Assembly (NCBI GenBank): GCA_964640145.1
Contig: CAZXHQ010000002.1
Span: forward strand, 1,660-29,298
Origin: an uncultured Rhodothermales bacterium
GTDB taxonomy: Bacteria; Bacteroidota; Rhodothermia; Rhodothermales; VXPQ01
Reading direction: 5' to 3'
Length of the DNA: 27,639 nucleotides
A program made the translations under genes and the position numbers. Below the pieces are notes generated by a model, which did no database searches, was not told where the DNA came from, and saw only the letters and a program-made list of their open reading frames with translations. Positions 17,989 to 26,258 of this stretch are shown in pieces (within the stretch, counting starts at the first letter, position 1; the number at the start of each line of letters is the position of its first letter).

Positions 17989-19641
17989 ATGGCTGACGCG
18001 CTCAATGATGCTGCTGTAGAGGCAACGTCGCTCATCGACGAGATCCGTACGCCCATTACGGAGGCCAGCCCCTGCGGCGACGACGTGACCTACGACGACA
18101 AATTCCAGCAGCTGGCCTCGGAAATCAACAAGGTTGGCGTCGTCAGCGGGCGTGTGGACCACGAAAAGATGAACGACGGCGGCAGCGTCTTCACCTCCAG
18201 CGGGGTCGACTACAGTCGCATCGTGGAGGGAAGCCGCAGCATCCTCCGGAACGATTCGAAGGACCTGCGGGTCGCCAGCTATCTCGTCGTCGGACTCTAT
18301 CATACCCGGGGTCTTGCCGGTCTCTCCGATGGAGTGGCGGCACTGAATACGCTCATCGAAACCTATTGGGAGGATCTGTATCCGGCGCGTGCGCGGGCCA
18401 GAAAGGGAGCGATCGAGCTGCTGACGGGCCGCCTGGGCGACGCCGTAGCCTCCTACAAGCCCATCCTTCAAGACGAGAAGCCGCTGGAGCAGGCGCTCGC
18501 GGGAGCGAAGAAGCTGCAGGCGCTGATGAAGGAGAAGCTGGCCGACGACGAGCCGGCGTTGGACGGGTTCATTCACGCGCTCAGCGAGTGCCGGCGCCGC
18601 GTGCCCGGCGCGCCGTCGTCGAACGCCCCTTCGACGACGGAGAAACCCGGATCGGCGACCGCTTCGCCTGACGGTGAGCCCGCCGCACATGTGCAGGCGC
18701 CGCGAGAGGTGAAGTCGGTTGCGGACACGGAACACCTCATCTTCGGCGCGTCGGCCTTCCTGCGGGAGAAGGACGCGGCGAATCCCATTCCCTACCGGCT
18801 GGCCCGTGCATGGCGATGGGGGGGACTGCTGCAAGAGCCGCCGCATCAAGAGGGCAAGACGCAGCTGCCACCTCCTCCGCAGCAGCGCCGCGACTACCTC
18901 CGCGGATTGCACGAGAACGGCGCGTACTCGACCCTCGTCAGAGAAGCGGAAGTTTCTTTTCAGGAGCCGCCGTTCCATTTCTGGCTGGACCTTCAGCGCC
19001 TGCTCCTCGCCGCGACCGAAGCACTGGGTGCCTCCTTCCAACAGGTTCGGGACGCCGTACTCGAGGAAACGGCCGTGATCCTGCGCCGTTTGCCCGGCCT
19101 TTCGGAGCTCATGTTCAGCGACGGGACTCCGTTTGCGGACGCCCAGACCCGCGAATGGCTCGAGGTGCGAACAGACAGCTTCTTTCGAGCGGAGCCCGAG
19201 AGGGACCGGGCCCTCGTGGAGGAACAGTCGCATCTGGAGGAGGCCTATACGTCGGCTCGGGAGCAGCTCAGCACGGGAGATCTCTCCCGCGCCCTCACGA
19301 TCATGCAGGACGGTCGTGAACACGACACCTCGCAGAAAGACCGCTTCAGACGGCGGCTCTACCTGGCCCTGCTGTGCCTGCGAGGCGGCCAGGCAGCCAT
19401 CGCGCGCCCGGTTTTGGAAAGCCTTGACGAGGAAATTGCCCGGCGCTCACTCGACATTTGGGATCCGTCGCTGGCCCTGCAGGTGTGGTCGAATCTATAT
19501 GCCTGCTACGAGACGCTTGGCCGGGGCATCAACAATCCGGACAAGCAAACCGTGCGCGACCAGGCCAGCCGCGTGTTCGAGAAGATCTGCCGACTGGATA
19601 CCCAGTTTGCTCTGACGTTCGTGACCAAGGGAAAGCGGTAG
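17989..19641 (+). CDS. tssA: T6SS protein TssA (ImpA N-terminal domain family).
   Basis: ImpA_N signature near the N-terminus (ITEASPCGDDVTYDDKFQQLASEI, compare PCGEDLRYDPEFxxL). At 550 aa it is in the size range of long-form TssA. It lies between tagF and tssB. Confidence 0.85.
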   Translation: MADALNDAAVEATSLIDEIRTPITEASPCGDDVTYDDKFQQLASEINKVGVVSGRVDHEKMNDGGSVFTSSGVDYSRIVEGSRSILRNDSKDLRVASYLVVGLYHTRGLAGLSDGVAALNTLIETYWEDLYPARARARKGAIELLTGRLGDAVASYKPILQDEKPLEQALAGAKKLQALMKEKLADDEPALDGFIHALSECRRRVPGAPSSNAPSTTEKPGSATASPDGEPAAHVQAPREVKSVADTEHLIFGASAFLREKDAANPIPYRLARAWRWGGLLQEPPHQEGKTQLPPPPQQRRDYLRGLHENGAYSTLVREAEVSFQEPPFHFWLDLQRLLLAATEALGASFQQVRDAVLEETAVILRRLPGLSELMFSDGTPFADAQTREWLEVRTDSFFRAEPERDRALVEEQSHLEEAYTSAREQLSTGDLSRALTIMQDGREHDTSQKDRFRRRLYLALLCLRGGQAAIARPVLESLDEEIARRSLDIWDPSLALQVWSNLYACYETLGRGINNPDKQTVRDQASRVFEKICRLDTQFALTFVTKGKR

Positions 19642-20129
19642 CCGATACGCTCTTTCTTCAACGTTGCAGGTCATGAATTCGCCCATGAGCGATCCCCCGG
19701 GGTTGAATTTTTGATTTTTCGCCATAGTTTGTTGCAATAAGAGGTATCTTTTAGGAAAGGCGTCCCATCCTATAGATGTGATGTGTCTTGCACGAAGCCC
19801 GGCGGGCTCGTGTCCGAGGCGCAGCATGACCTCGGTTTTCGGTACATTCAATTCGTAAATACGCTGCCATATGAGTGCCGCTGCATCGCGCTCCGCGTCG
19901 TCCCGCCTCCTCGGCGTAGCTCTGCTATGACTCGTCGGCGCGCCTCGTGGAGCACGCGCATCGACCCTCAGCGTACGACACCGTATCTACGAACGGATGT
20001 ACATAGTCTCGAGCCCGGGTAACCCGACGTTTTCTTGCGGTTGCCAATCTGCTCGCAGAAATACCTTTTCGCGACCGATTAGTACTACGGGCCGCGCTGT
20101 AACCGATCCAAATTTGCGAGGTATATCCC
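19642..20129 (+). promoter_or_regulatory. 488-bp low-GC intergenic region between tssA and tssB. Putative promoter and leader of the tssB-clpV operon.
   Basis: GC falls sharply to ~50% (for example ttgaatttttgatttttcgccatagtttgttgcaataagaggtatcttttagg). No ORF in it has credible codon usage. A GAGGT RBS lies 8 nt before the tssB ATG. A short weak hairpin plus T-rich run at 19668-19730 could end the upstream operon. Confidence 0.4.
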
Positions 20130-20651
20130 ATGGCAAGGAGCTTTCAGAACGAAAAGCCCCCGGCCCGCATCAACCTCTTCCTTGAGGTTCAGACGGGCGG
20201 CGCTCTGGTCAAGAAGGAGCTTCCACTTCGAATGCTGATGCTCGGCGACTACACGGGTCGCGAAGACAGCACGCCTGTGGAAGATCGAGAGATCATCAAC
20301 GTCAACAAGGACAACTTCGACAGCGTGTTGAAGTCGATGAACTTGAACGCCGAATATACGATTCCCGATCGCCTGAAGGGAGGCGACGAGGAGATGAAGG
20401 TGAATTTGAGCTTCGAAGACATGAAGTCGTTCGAGCCCGAGCAGGTCGTCAAGCAGGTGCCGGTTCTTACCCGCATGATGGCCATGCGTAACCTGCTTCA
20501 AGACCTGCGTAATCGGGTCGTCAGCGTCGGCCAGTTTCGGAAAGAGCTCGAAAAGATAGCTAAGGACAAGGAGGCGCTCACGAAACTCTCCGAAGAGCTG
20601 GACAAATTTGTGGCCAGGGAGGAGGGCGGCGAGACCGAAGGCGAGGCATAG
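20130..20651 (+). CDS. tssB: T6SS contractile sheath small subunit TssB (VipA).
   Basis: 173 aa. Conserved TssB N-terminal region (PARINLFLEV...LPLRMLMLGDYTG). It is followed by tssC. Confidence 0.9.
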   Translation: MARSFQNEKPPARINLFLEVQTGGALVKKELPLRMLMLGDYTGREDSTPVEDREIINVNKDNFDSVLKSMNLNAEYTIPDRLKGGDEEMKVNLSFEDMKSFEPEQVVKQVPVLTRMMAMRNLLQDLRNRVVSVGQFRKELEKIAKDKEALTKLSEELDKFVAREEGGETEGEA

Positions 20652-20742
20652 TCTGGCGGGGGGACGGCCGTCTGCCACGGCGGATCTTTCCCCGTCGACA
20701 GGCACGAATTAGCATTTCACTAAACGCTCGAAGGATACGGTT

Positions 20743-22263
20743 ATGCCAGAGGTCAATCAGGAAGCAGTAGAGGCCGAAAAAACGGTCGAGGCGAAGGACT
20801 TGCTCGAAAGCATCCTCGAGAAAGTCGATGTGACGATGCCGGAAGAGGAAGTCAACATCGACGAGTTCGACGATACCGTCGCCAACGCGGAGAAGCCGAA
20901 GGGCGGAATGGTGGCCGCAGGACTGCGCGTCTTCATCGACGCGCTGAGCGATCGGACCGTGGAGCGCGTCGACAAGAATCTGCTCGACAGCCTGATCGCC
21001 GACCTCGATGCGAAGATCAGCGTACAGCTCGACGAGGTCATGCACCATCCGAAATTCCAGCAGCTGGAGTCGGCCTGGCGCGGACTGAAATTCGTCGTCG
21101 ATCGGACGGACTTCCGCAAGAAGATCAAGATCGAGATGCTCAATGCTTCCAAGGGAGCGTTGCTCGAGTCCTTCGAGGATGCGCCTGAGCTGATCCAGTC
21201 CCCGCTCTACCGGAAAGTATATACGGGGGCCTATGACATGCCGGGCGCCGATCCGTACAGCACCATCGTCTCGAACTACGAATTCGTCAACTCGCCGCAG
21301 GACATCGCCCTGCTGCAGAACGTATCGAAGGTGGCCGCGGCGTCGCACTGCCCGTTCCTGGGCTCGATCGGCCCCGAATTCTTCGGAAAAGAGAGCATGG
21401 AGGAATGGAAGAAGATTCCCGACCTCGCCGCGCACATGAGTACGGTGGACTATATAAAGTGGAATTCCTTCCGAGATACGGAGGATTCGCGCTACGTGGG
21501 ACTGACCTTCCCGCGCTTCATGCTGCGCCTGCCTTACGGTCCGGATACGACCCCTGTCAAGGCGTTTAACTACAAGGAAGACGTCACCGGCCTGGACCAC
21601 GACAAGTATCTGTGGGGCAACGCGACGTATGCGTTCGCGGCGAACATGACCCGCGCGTTCGCTCAGGACGGATGGACCGTTCAGATCCGCGGCCCGCAGT
21701 CCGGCGGTAAAGTCGAGAACCTGCCCGTGCATCTGTACGACGTGGGGAAGGGCAAGGAGATGAAGATTCCGACGGAGGTGCCGATCGACGAGACGCTCGA
21801 GTTCACGGCGGCGAACCTGGGGTTCATCCCGCTGAGCGTCTACAAGGGCACGGACTATGCGTGCTTCTTCTCGGCGGATTCGACGCAGCGCCCGGTCCTC
21901 TACGACGATCCCGCAGCGACGGCCAACAGCCGCATCAATGCGCGTCTACCCTATATTTTCCTGGCCTCCCGGATCGCACACTACCTCAAGGTCCTGCAGC
22001 GCGAAAACATCGGTACGACGAAGGACGCCGGAAGGATCGAGGAGGAGCTCAATCGGTGGCTCGGGGGCCTCGTCACGAAGATGCCCAATCCGACCGAGGA
22101 GAATATCGCCAAGTATCCCCTGCGCGCCGGTCAGGTCACCGTGCACGACGTCGAGGAAAACCCGGGCTTCTACCGAGTCGAAATGATGATCATGCCTCAT
22201 TTCCAGATAGAAGGAATGGACATCAATCTCTCTCTGGTCGGAAAGATGCCCAAGGCAAAGTGA
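20743..22263 (+). CDS. tssC: T6SS contractile sheath large subunit TssC (VipB).
   Basis: 506 aa, with TssC-typical blocks (FQQLESAWRGLKFVVDRTD; YGPDTTPVKAFNYKE...LWGNATYAFAANMTRAFAQDGW; FLASRIAHYLKVLQRENIG). AAGGA RBS upstream. Confidence 0.95.
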   Translation: MPEVNQEAVEAEKTVEAKDLLESILEKVDVTMPEEEVNIDEFDDTVANAEKPKGGMVAAGLRVFIDALSDRTVERVDKNLLDSLIADLDAKISVQLDEVMHHPKFQQLESAWRGLKFVVDRTDFRKKIKIEMLNASKGALLESFEDAPELIQSPLYRKVYTGAYDMPGADPYSTIVSNYEFVNSPQDIALLQNVSKVAAASHCPFLGSIGPEFFGKESMEEWKKIPDLAAHMSTVDYIKWNSFRDTEDSRYVGLTFPRFMLRLPYGPDTTPVKAFNYKEDVTGLDHDKYLWGNATYAFAANMTRAFAQDGWTVQIRGPQSGGKVENLPVHLYDVGKGKEMKIPTEVPIDETLEFTAANLGFIPLSVYKGTDYACFFSADSTQRPVLYDDPAATANSRINARLPYIFLASRIAHYLKVLQRENIGTTKDAGRIEEELNRWLGGLVTKMPNPTEENIAKYPLRAGQVTVHDVEENPGFYRVEMMIMPHFQIEGMDINLSLVGKMPKAK

Positions 22264-22426
22264 GCCCATTCGAAGCGGTTTTCGTTCCCGGGTCTCTGTT
22301 GGGAGACGCGCAGCATCCCACCTAAATCACGCACCGAGCCGTCCGGACGCGGTCACTGCTCTTCGGCGGTCGTCCGGCCGTCGCTTATAAATCACCTCAA
22401 TAAACAGCATCAATGGAGGCATCACC

Positions 22427-22894
22427 ATGCCACTCGAGAGCGCCCTCTATTACTCGGACGGTATCGTCGGATCGAACACGAAGGCGGGCCGCGCCGATAG
22501 TTCGGCCGTCGTCGAATTCGACCATCAGGTAAAATCGCCGGTCGATACCCAGATGGGTGTCGTAAGCGGTGCACGTGTGCACGGTTCGGTTACGCTCATC
22601 AAGGAAGTGGATTCCGCCACGGCGCCCCTGTATCAGGCATGTTGCACGGGTCAAACGTTGGAGGAACTCAAGGTTGAATGGTTCAGGATCAATCCACAAG
22701 GGCAGGAAGAGCTGTACTTCACGCACACCTTGACCAATGTGAAGGTGGCTGCCGTGGAAATCATCTTGCCGAACACCAAAGATCCATCGAAGGAGCAGTA
22801 CCGGCACCTGGAGAAGCTTCAGCTCCTCTATGAGAAAATGAATTGGAAGCACGAAGATGGGTATGAATATGAGGATGCCTGGGCCGAGGCTTAG
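22427..22894 (+). CDS. hcp: Hcp (TssD) inner tube protein.
   Basis: 155-aa Hcp1-family protein (MPLESALYYSDGIVGS..., GSVTLIKEVDSATAPLYQA, EWFRINPQGQEELYFTHTLTNVKV). A strong GGAGG RBS lies 8 nt upstream. It sits immediately after tssC. Confidence 0.9.
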   Translation: MPLESALYYSDGIVGSNTKAGRADSSAVVEFDHQVKSPVDTQMGVVSGARVHGSVTLIKEVDSATAPLYQACCTGQTLEELKVEWFRINPQGQEELYFTHTLTNVKVAAVEIILPNTKDPSKEQYRHLEKLQLLYEKMNWKHEDGYEYEDAWAEA

Positions 22895-22964
22895 CGACCG
22901 GTTGTGCTGAGCGCATGAAAGGCTGTCCGGTGCCCGCTTCAACGATGTCGTCGCAAGGTTGACC

Positions 22965-23381
22965 ATGGAGGCAGGCCTGTTCGACGTACTTAGCAATCAC
23001 TTCGCGGACGGGCGGCGGCTCGACGAAACCAGCAGCGACGAGCATCGGGTGCTGAGCGTCGTCGGTAACCTGAATCGACTCTTCAATGCGCGTCGCGGGT
23101 CGCTCGTGCATCTGCCGGATTACGGGCTGCCGGATATTTCTGAGATTTACCGGGACATGCCCGACTCCGTGATCGAGCTGCGCGAAGCCGTCCGGCAGGC
23201 CGTCGAAAAATACGAGCCCCGGCTGCGGCGTGTGCGCGTGGAGCACCAGAACACGGATCCGTACGCCATGCGCCTCATCTTCCTGCTTTCCGGAGAATTG
23301 AGCGACCGGAGGAAAGTGAGATTGCAGACCACGTTTTCGTCGCACGAAACGGTCGACGTCCGACCCTGGGAACGGTTATGA
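22965..23381 (+). CDS. tssE: T6SS baseplate wedge protein TssE (gp25-like).
   Basis: GPW/gp25 family features (LFDVLS..., EHRVLSVVGNLNRLFNARRGS, IELREAVRQAVEKYEPRL). The ATG at 22965 is preferred over the TTG at 22959. Its stop overlaps the tssF start (ATGA). Confidence 0.85.
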   Translation: MEAGLFDVLSNHFADGRRLDETSSDEHRVLSVVGNLNRLFNARRGSLVHLPDYGLPDISEIYRDMPDSVIELREAVRQAVEKYEPRLRRVRVEHQNTDPYAMRLIFLLSGELSDRRKVRLQTTFSSHETVDVRPWERL

Positions 23382-25129
23382 GTCGCCGGAATTTCGATTA
23401 CTTCGAGGATGAGATGCACTACCTGCATGAAGCAGGCAAAGTGTTCGCGGCGGTGCATCCCGACCGGGCCGGCTACCTCAACGTCGACAGCCTGACCGAT
23501 CGCGATCCCTATGTGGAGCGGCTCTTCGAAGGGTTCGCTTTTCTGACGGGCCGAATTCGGGAGCGGCTCGACGATGAGCTGCCGCAGTATACCGAAAGCC
23601 TGCTGCGCCTCCTGCACCCGCATTTCGTGAAGCCGGTCCCGTCGCTGTCCATCCTCGAATTCAGGCCGCGCCCGGGCATGCTGCAGCAGACGACGCGGCT
23701 GGATCCCGGCACGGAGGTCCGGTCGCAGCCGGTGGGGGACGAGCGGACGATGTGCCGATTCAGGACGGCCTACGCGGTCGATCTTCAGCCGATTACGCTG
23801 CGCTCGGCTCGCCTGGAGTGGCCCGACAGCCGCACGTCCCGCCTGACGCTGCGTTTCCAGATCGACCGGGGGATCGAGCTGCAGAAGCTGGATCTAGGGC
23901 GGCTGCGCCTTCACTTCCATGCCGAGCCCGTGACGGCCTCCCTGATGCATCTCTACTTCACCCGGCACGTGGACCGCGTGGTTTTTCGCGCCGGCGAGGA
24001 GACGATGCGCCTTAGCGGCCAGGAGTGGGTGCGTCCGGTCGGCTTCGCGCGCGACGAAGGGGTGCTGTCCTTCTCTGAGCACTCCTTCATCGGCTACCGG
24101 CTCCTTCAAGAGTATCTTTCCTTCCGGCCTAAATTCTGGTTTGTCGACCTGCTCGGGCTTGACCGGTTTGAGCCCCCGGACGGCGCCTCCGAGTTCGAGG
24201 TCGAACTCGCGCTCGACCGTTCTTTTCCCGAGCAGAGAGCCATCAAGACCGAGAACGTGCGGCTGTACTGCACGCCGATCGTCAACCTCTTCGAGACGGA
24301 TGCGGAGCCGATACGGGTCGAACACCGGGCCTCGGAGTACCGGGTCGTCGGAGACGTGAAGCGGCCCCGCAGCGTCGTTGCCTACGACATCCAGGCGGTG
24401 ACGGGGATCGAGGAGGCCACGGGGAAGCGTCATCGCTATCATCCGTTTCTCTCCTTCACGCACGCCGAGAACGAGGACCGCTTCTACACGGAGACGGCGC
24501 GCATCGGGCTGACTGGAATTCGCGAGACGTATCTATCCGTCGGCGGGCTCGGCGAGGCGGTAACGCGCCTGCCCGTCGAGACGCTCTCCGTCGACGTCCG
24601 ATGCACGAACGGCGACCTGCCGAGGGAATCTTTGCAGGAAGGACGCATCGACCAGCTCGCGCCGGGATTTCCCAACGTGGCGAGCTTCGTGAACCTGACT
24701 CAGCCGTCACGTGAGCTGCAGCCGCCGGCGGAGCAGCATTCCCAGTTCTTCTGGAAGCTGATCTCGCATCTCTCGCTCAATCAGAGGTCGGTCGCGAGGC
24801 CGGAGGCGTTCACGGCGCTTCTGCGGCTCTACGACTGGACCGGCTCGGACGTCAACCGGCGACGCATCGAGGGTATCCGCGACGTGCGCTGGGAACCGAA
24901 GGAGATCGTACATCGCGGGGGCATCATACGCGGTGCGGCGGTTACCATCGAAGTCCAGGATGATCATTTTACCGATGAAGGCGATCTCAATCTATTCGGC
25001 ATGGTGATGAGCGCGTTTCTGTCGATGTATGCGACGATGAACTCGTTCGTCCACCTCACGCTGACCTCGACGCCGTCCGGTACGCAGTTTCAGTGGGAAC
25101 CTGCGAAGGGGAGTCAGTCCATAGCATGA
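23378..25129 (+). CDS. tssF: T6SS baseplate subunit TssF.
   Basis: 583 aa. N-terminus NFDYFEDEMHYLHEAGKVFAAVHPDRAGYL...VERLFEGFAFLTGRIRERLDDELP is canonical for TssF (ImpG/VasA). Its ATG overlaps the tssE stop. Confidence 0.9.
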   Translation: MSRRNFDYFEDEMHYLHEAGKVFAAVHPDRAGYLNVDSLTDRDPYVERLFEGFAFLTGRIRERLDDELPQYTESLLRLLHPHFVKPVPSLSILEFRPRPGMLQQTTRLDPGTEVRSQPVGDERTMCRFRTAYAVDLQPITLRSARLEWPDSRTSRLTLRFQIDRGIELQKLDLGRLRLHFHAEPVTASLMHLYFTRHVDRVVFRAGEETMRLSGQEWVRPVGFARDEGVLSFSEHSFIGYRLLQEYLSFRPKFWFVDLLGLDRFEPPDGASEFEVELALDRSFPEQRAIKTENVRLYCTPIVNLFETDAEPIRVEHRASEYRVVGDVKRPRSVVAYDIQAVTGIEEATGKRHRYHPFLSFTHAENEDRFYTETARIGLTGIRETYLSVGGLGEAVTRLPVETLSVDVRCTNGDLPRESLQEGRIDQLAPGFPNVASFVNLTQPSRELQPPAEQHSQFFWKLISHLSLNQRSVARPEAFTALLRLYDWTGSDVNRRRIEGIRDVRWEPKEIVHRGGIIRGAAVTIEVQDDHFTDEGDLNLFGMVMSAFLSMYATMNSFVHLTLTSTPSGTQFQWEPAKGSQSIA

Positions 25130-26151
25130 CGCGAGATCTGACGCATAGCGGCCATCCACGCACGCGGCTGGATCCGGACAGCGTGGTCGGACGCCTTTTT
25201 GGAAATGGGCACCGGTTCGAGTTTTTCCAGGCCGTCTGGTTGCTGGAAAACCTGTTTGCAGACGCCCCCGGTCCTGGAGTCGGGATCGAGCCGTCGGAGG
25301 AGCGCATCCGCCTCCGGCCGCACAGCGCGCTCGTGTTTCCGGCCAGCGACATCCGGGAAGTGGACTGGGCCGACGAGGACACGGCGCGCGTCACGGTGAC
25401 CTTCATGGGCCTCTACGGCATCGACTCGCCGCTGCCGGCCTACTTCCAGGAGCGCATTGCGGCCGAGGCGGACGGCGCCGAAGAGCTGCGAGATTTCCTG
25501 GACATCTTCAACCATAGGTTATTTGCATATTTTTTCCGAAGCTGGAAGAAGTATCGGCCGGGGCTTCATTTCGATCGCACGTACCGGAATGCGCACGCCG
25601 AGACGTTCTTGAGTCTGGCCGGATTGGGCACGGCCGGCGCCGCCGAGGATCTTCCGGTTCCGGCGCTTCGGCTCGCTGCGTTTGCCGGTCGACTCGGAGC
25701 GCACGTGCACAATGCGGACGGGCTGCAGGCGCTTCTGGCCGCTGTGCTGGAGCGCATACCGGTGGACGTCGTCGAGAACGTGCCCCGCTGGGTCCCACTG
25801 GCCGACCCGACGCGCCTCGGCGGGAAGTCCGAGTCCGACGGCATGCTCGGCGTGAACATGATTCTGGGCAGGCGGCTTTTCGACGTATCGGGCAAGTTTC
25901 GCGTCGTGCTGGGTCCGATCTCGTTCGAACAGTACCTGAGGCTGCTGCCCGGCACCGAGCTGGCCCGGATGGTGGACGTGATCGTGCGGATGTATGCGCC
26001 GGATTACCTGGACTACGACGTCGAGCTCCGGCTCGACACGCAGGAGCTGCCGCCGACGAAGCTGGGGGGCAGCGGCGCTCAGCTAGGACGCAATGCCTGG
26101 ATCGGCCGGCCGGCCGACGACGTGGTCTCGGAGATCGTCGCGTATGCGTGA
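25126..26151 (+). CDS. tssG: T6SS baseplate subunit TssG.
   Basis: Contains the TssG signature (RFEFFQAVWLLENL) and sits downstream of tssF. The ATG at 25126 overlaps the tssF TGA (ATGA), suggesting translational coupling. A GTG at 25093 is an alternative start. Confidence 0.85.
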   Translation: MTRDLTHSGHPRTRLDPDSVVGRLFGNGHRFEFFQAVWLLENLFADAPGPGVGIEPSEERIRLRPHSALVFPASDIREVDWADEDTARVTVTFMGLYGIDSPLPAYFQERIAAEADGAEELRDFLDIFNHRLFAYFFRSWKKYRPGLHFDRTYRNAHAETFLSLAGLGTAGAAEDLPVPALRLAAFAGRLGAHVHNADGLQALLAAVLERIPVDVVENVPRWVPLADPTRLGGKSESDGMLGVNMILGRRLFDVSGKFRVVLGPISFEQYLRLLPGTELARMVDVIVRMYAPDYLDYDVELRLDTQELPPTKLGGSGAQLGRNAWIGRPADDVVSEIVAYA

Positions 26152-26258
26152 GGATGCGTGACCGGCGGGGGCGACCGACAGGTCGTTGCGGCCGGAGCAC
26201 ATGAAGATCTCCAGCAAGAATACCATCGAGGACGACTACACTCGGTTCCGCAGCAGCC

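Noticed and set aside
16921-19323. 800-aa minus-strand ORF
   Set aside because: It is antisense across tagF and tssA. It has an extreme Arg/Leu/Gly bias and no domains. Both sense-strand genes have family signatures.
19783-20022. 79-aa ORF in the tssA-tssB spacer
   Set aside because: Its codon usage is low-GC and atypical for this genome. There is no RBS and no similarity. It more likely reflects a non-coding regulatory region.
20664-20673. Perfect 10-bp palindrome GACGGCCGTC between tssB and tssC
   Set aside because: Short GC palindromes are frequent by chance at 66% GC. There is no flanking T-tract or repeat context.
20578-21732. 384-aa minus-strand ORF
   Set aside because: It is antisense to tssC, whose sense frame is unmistakable.
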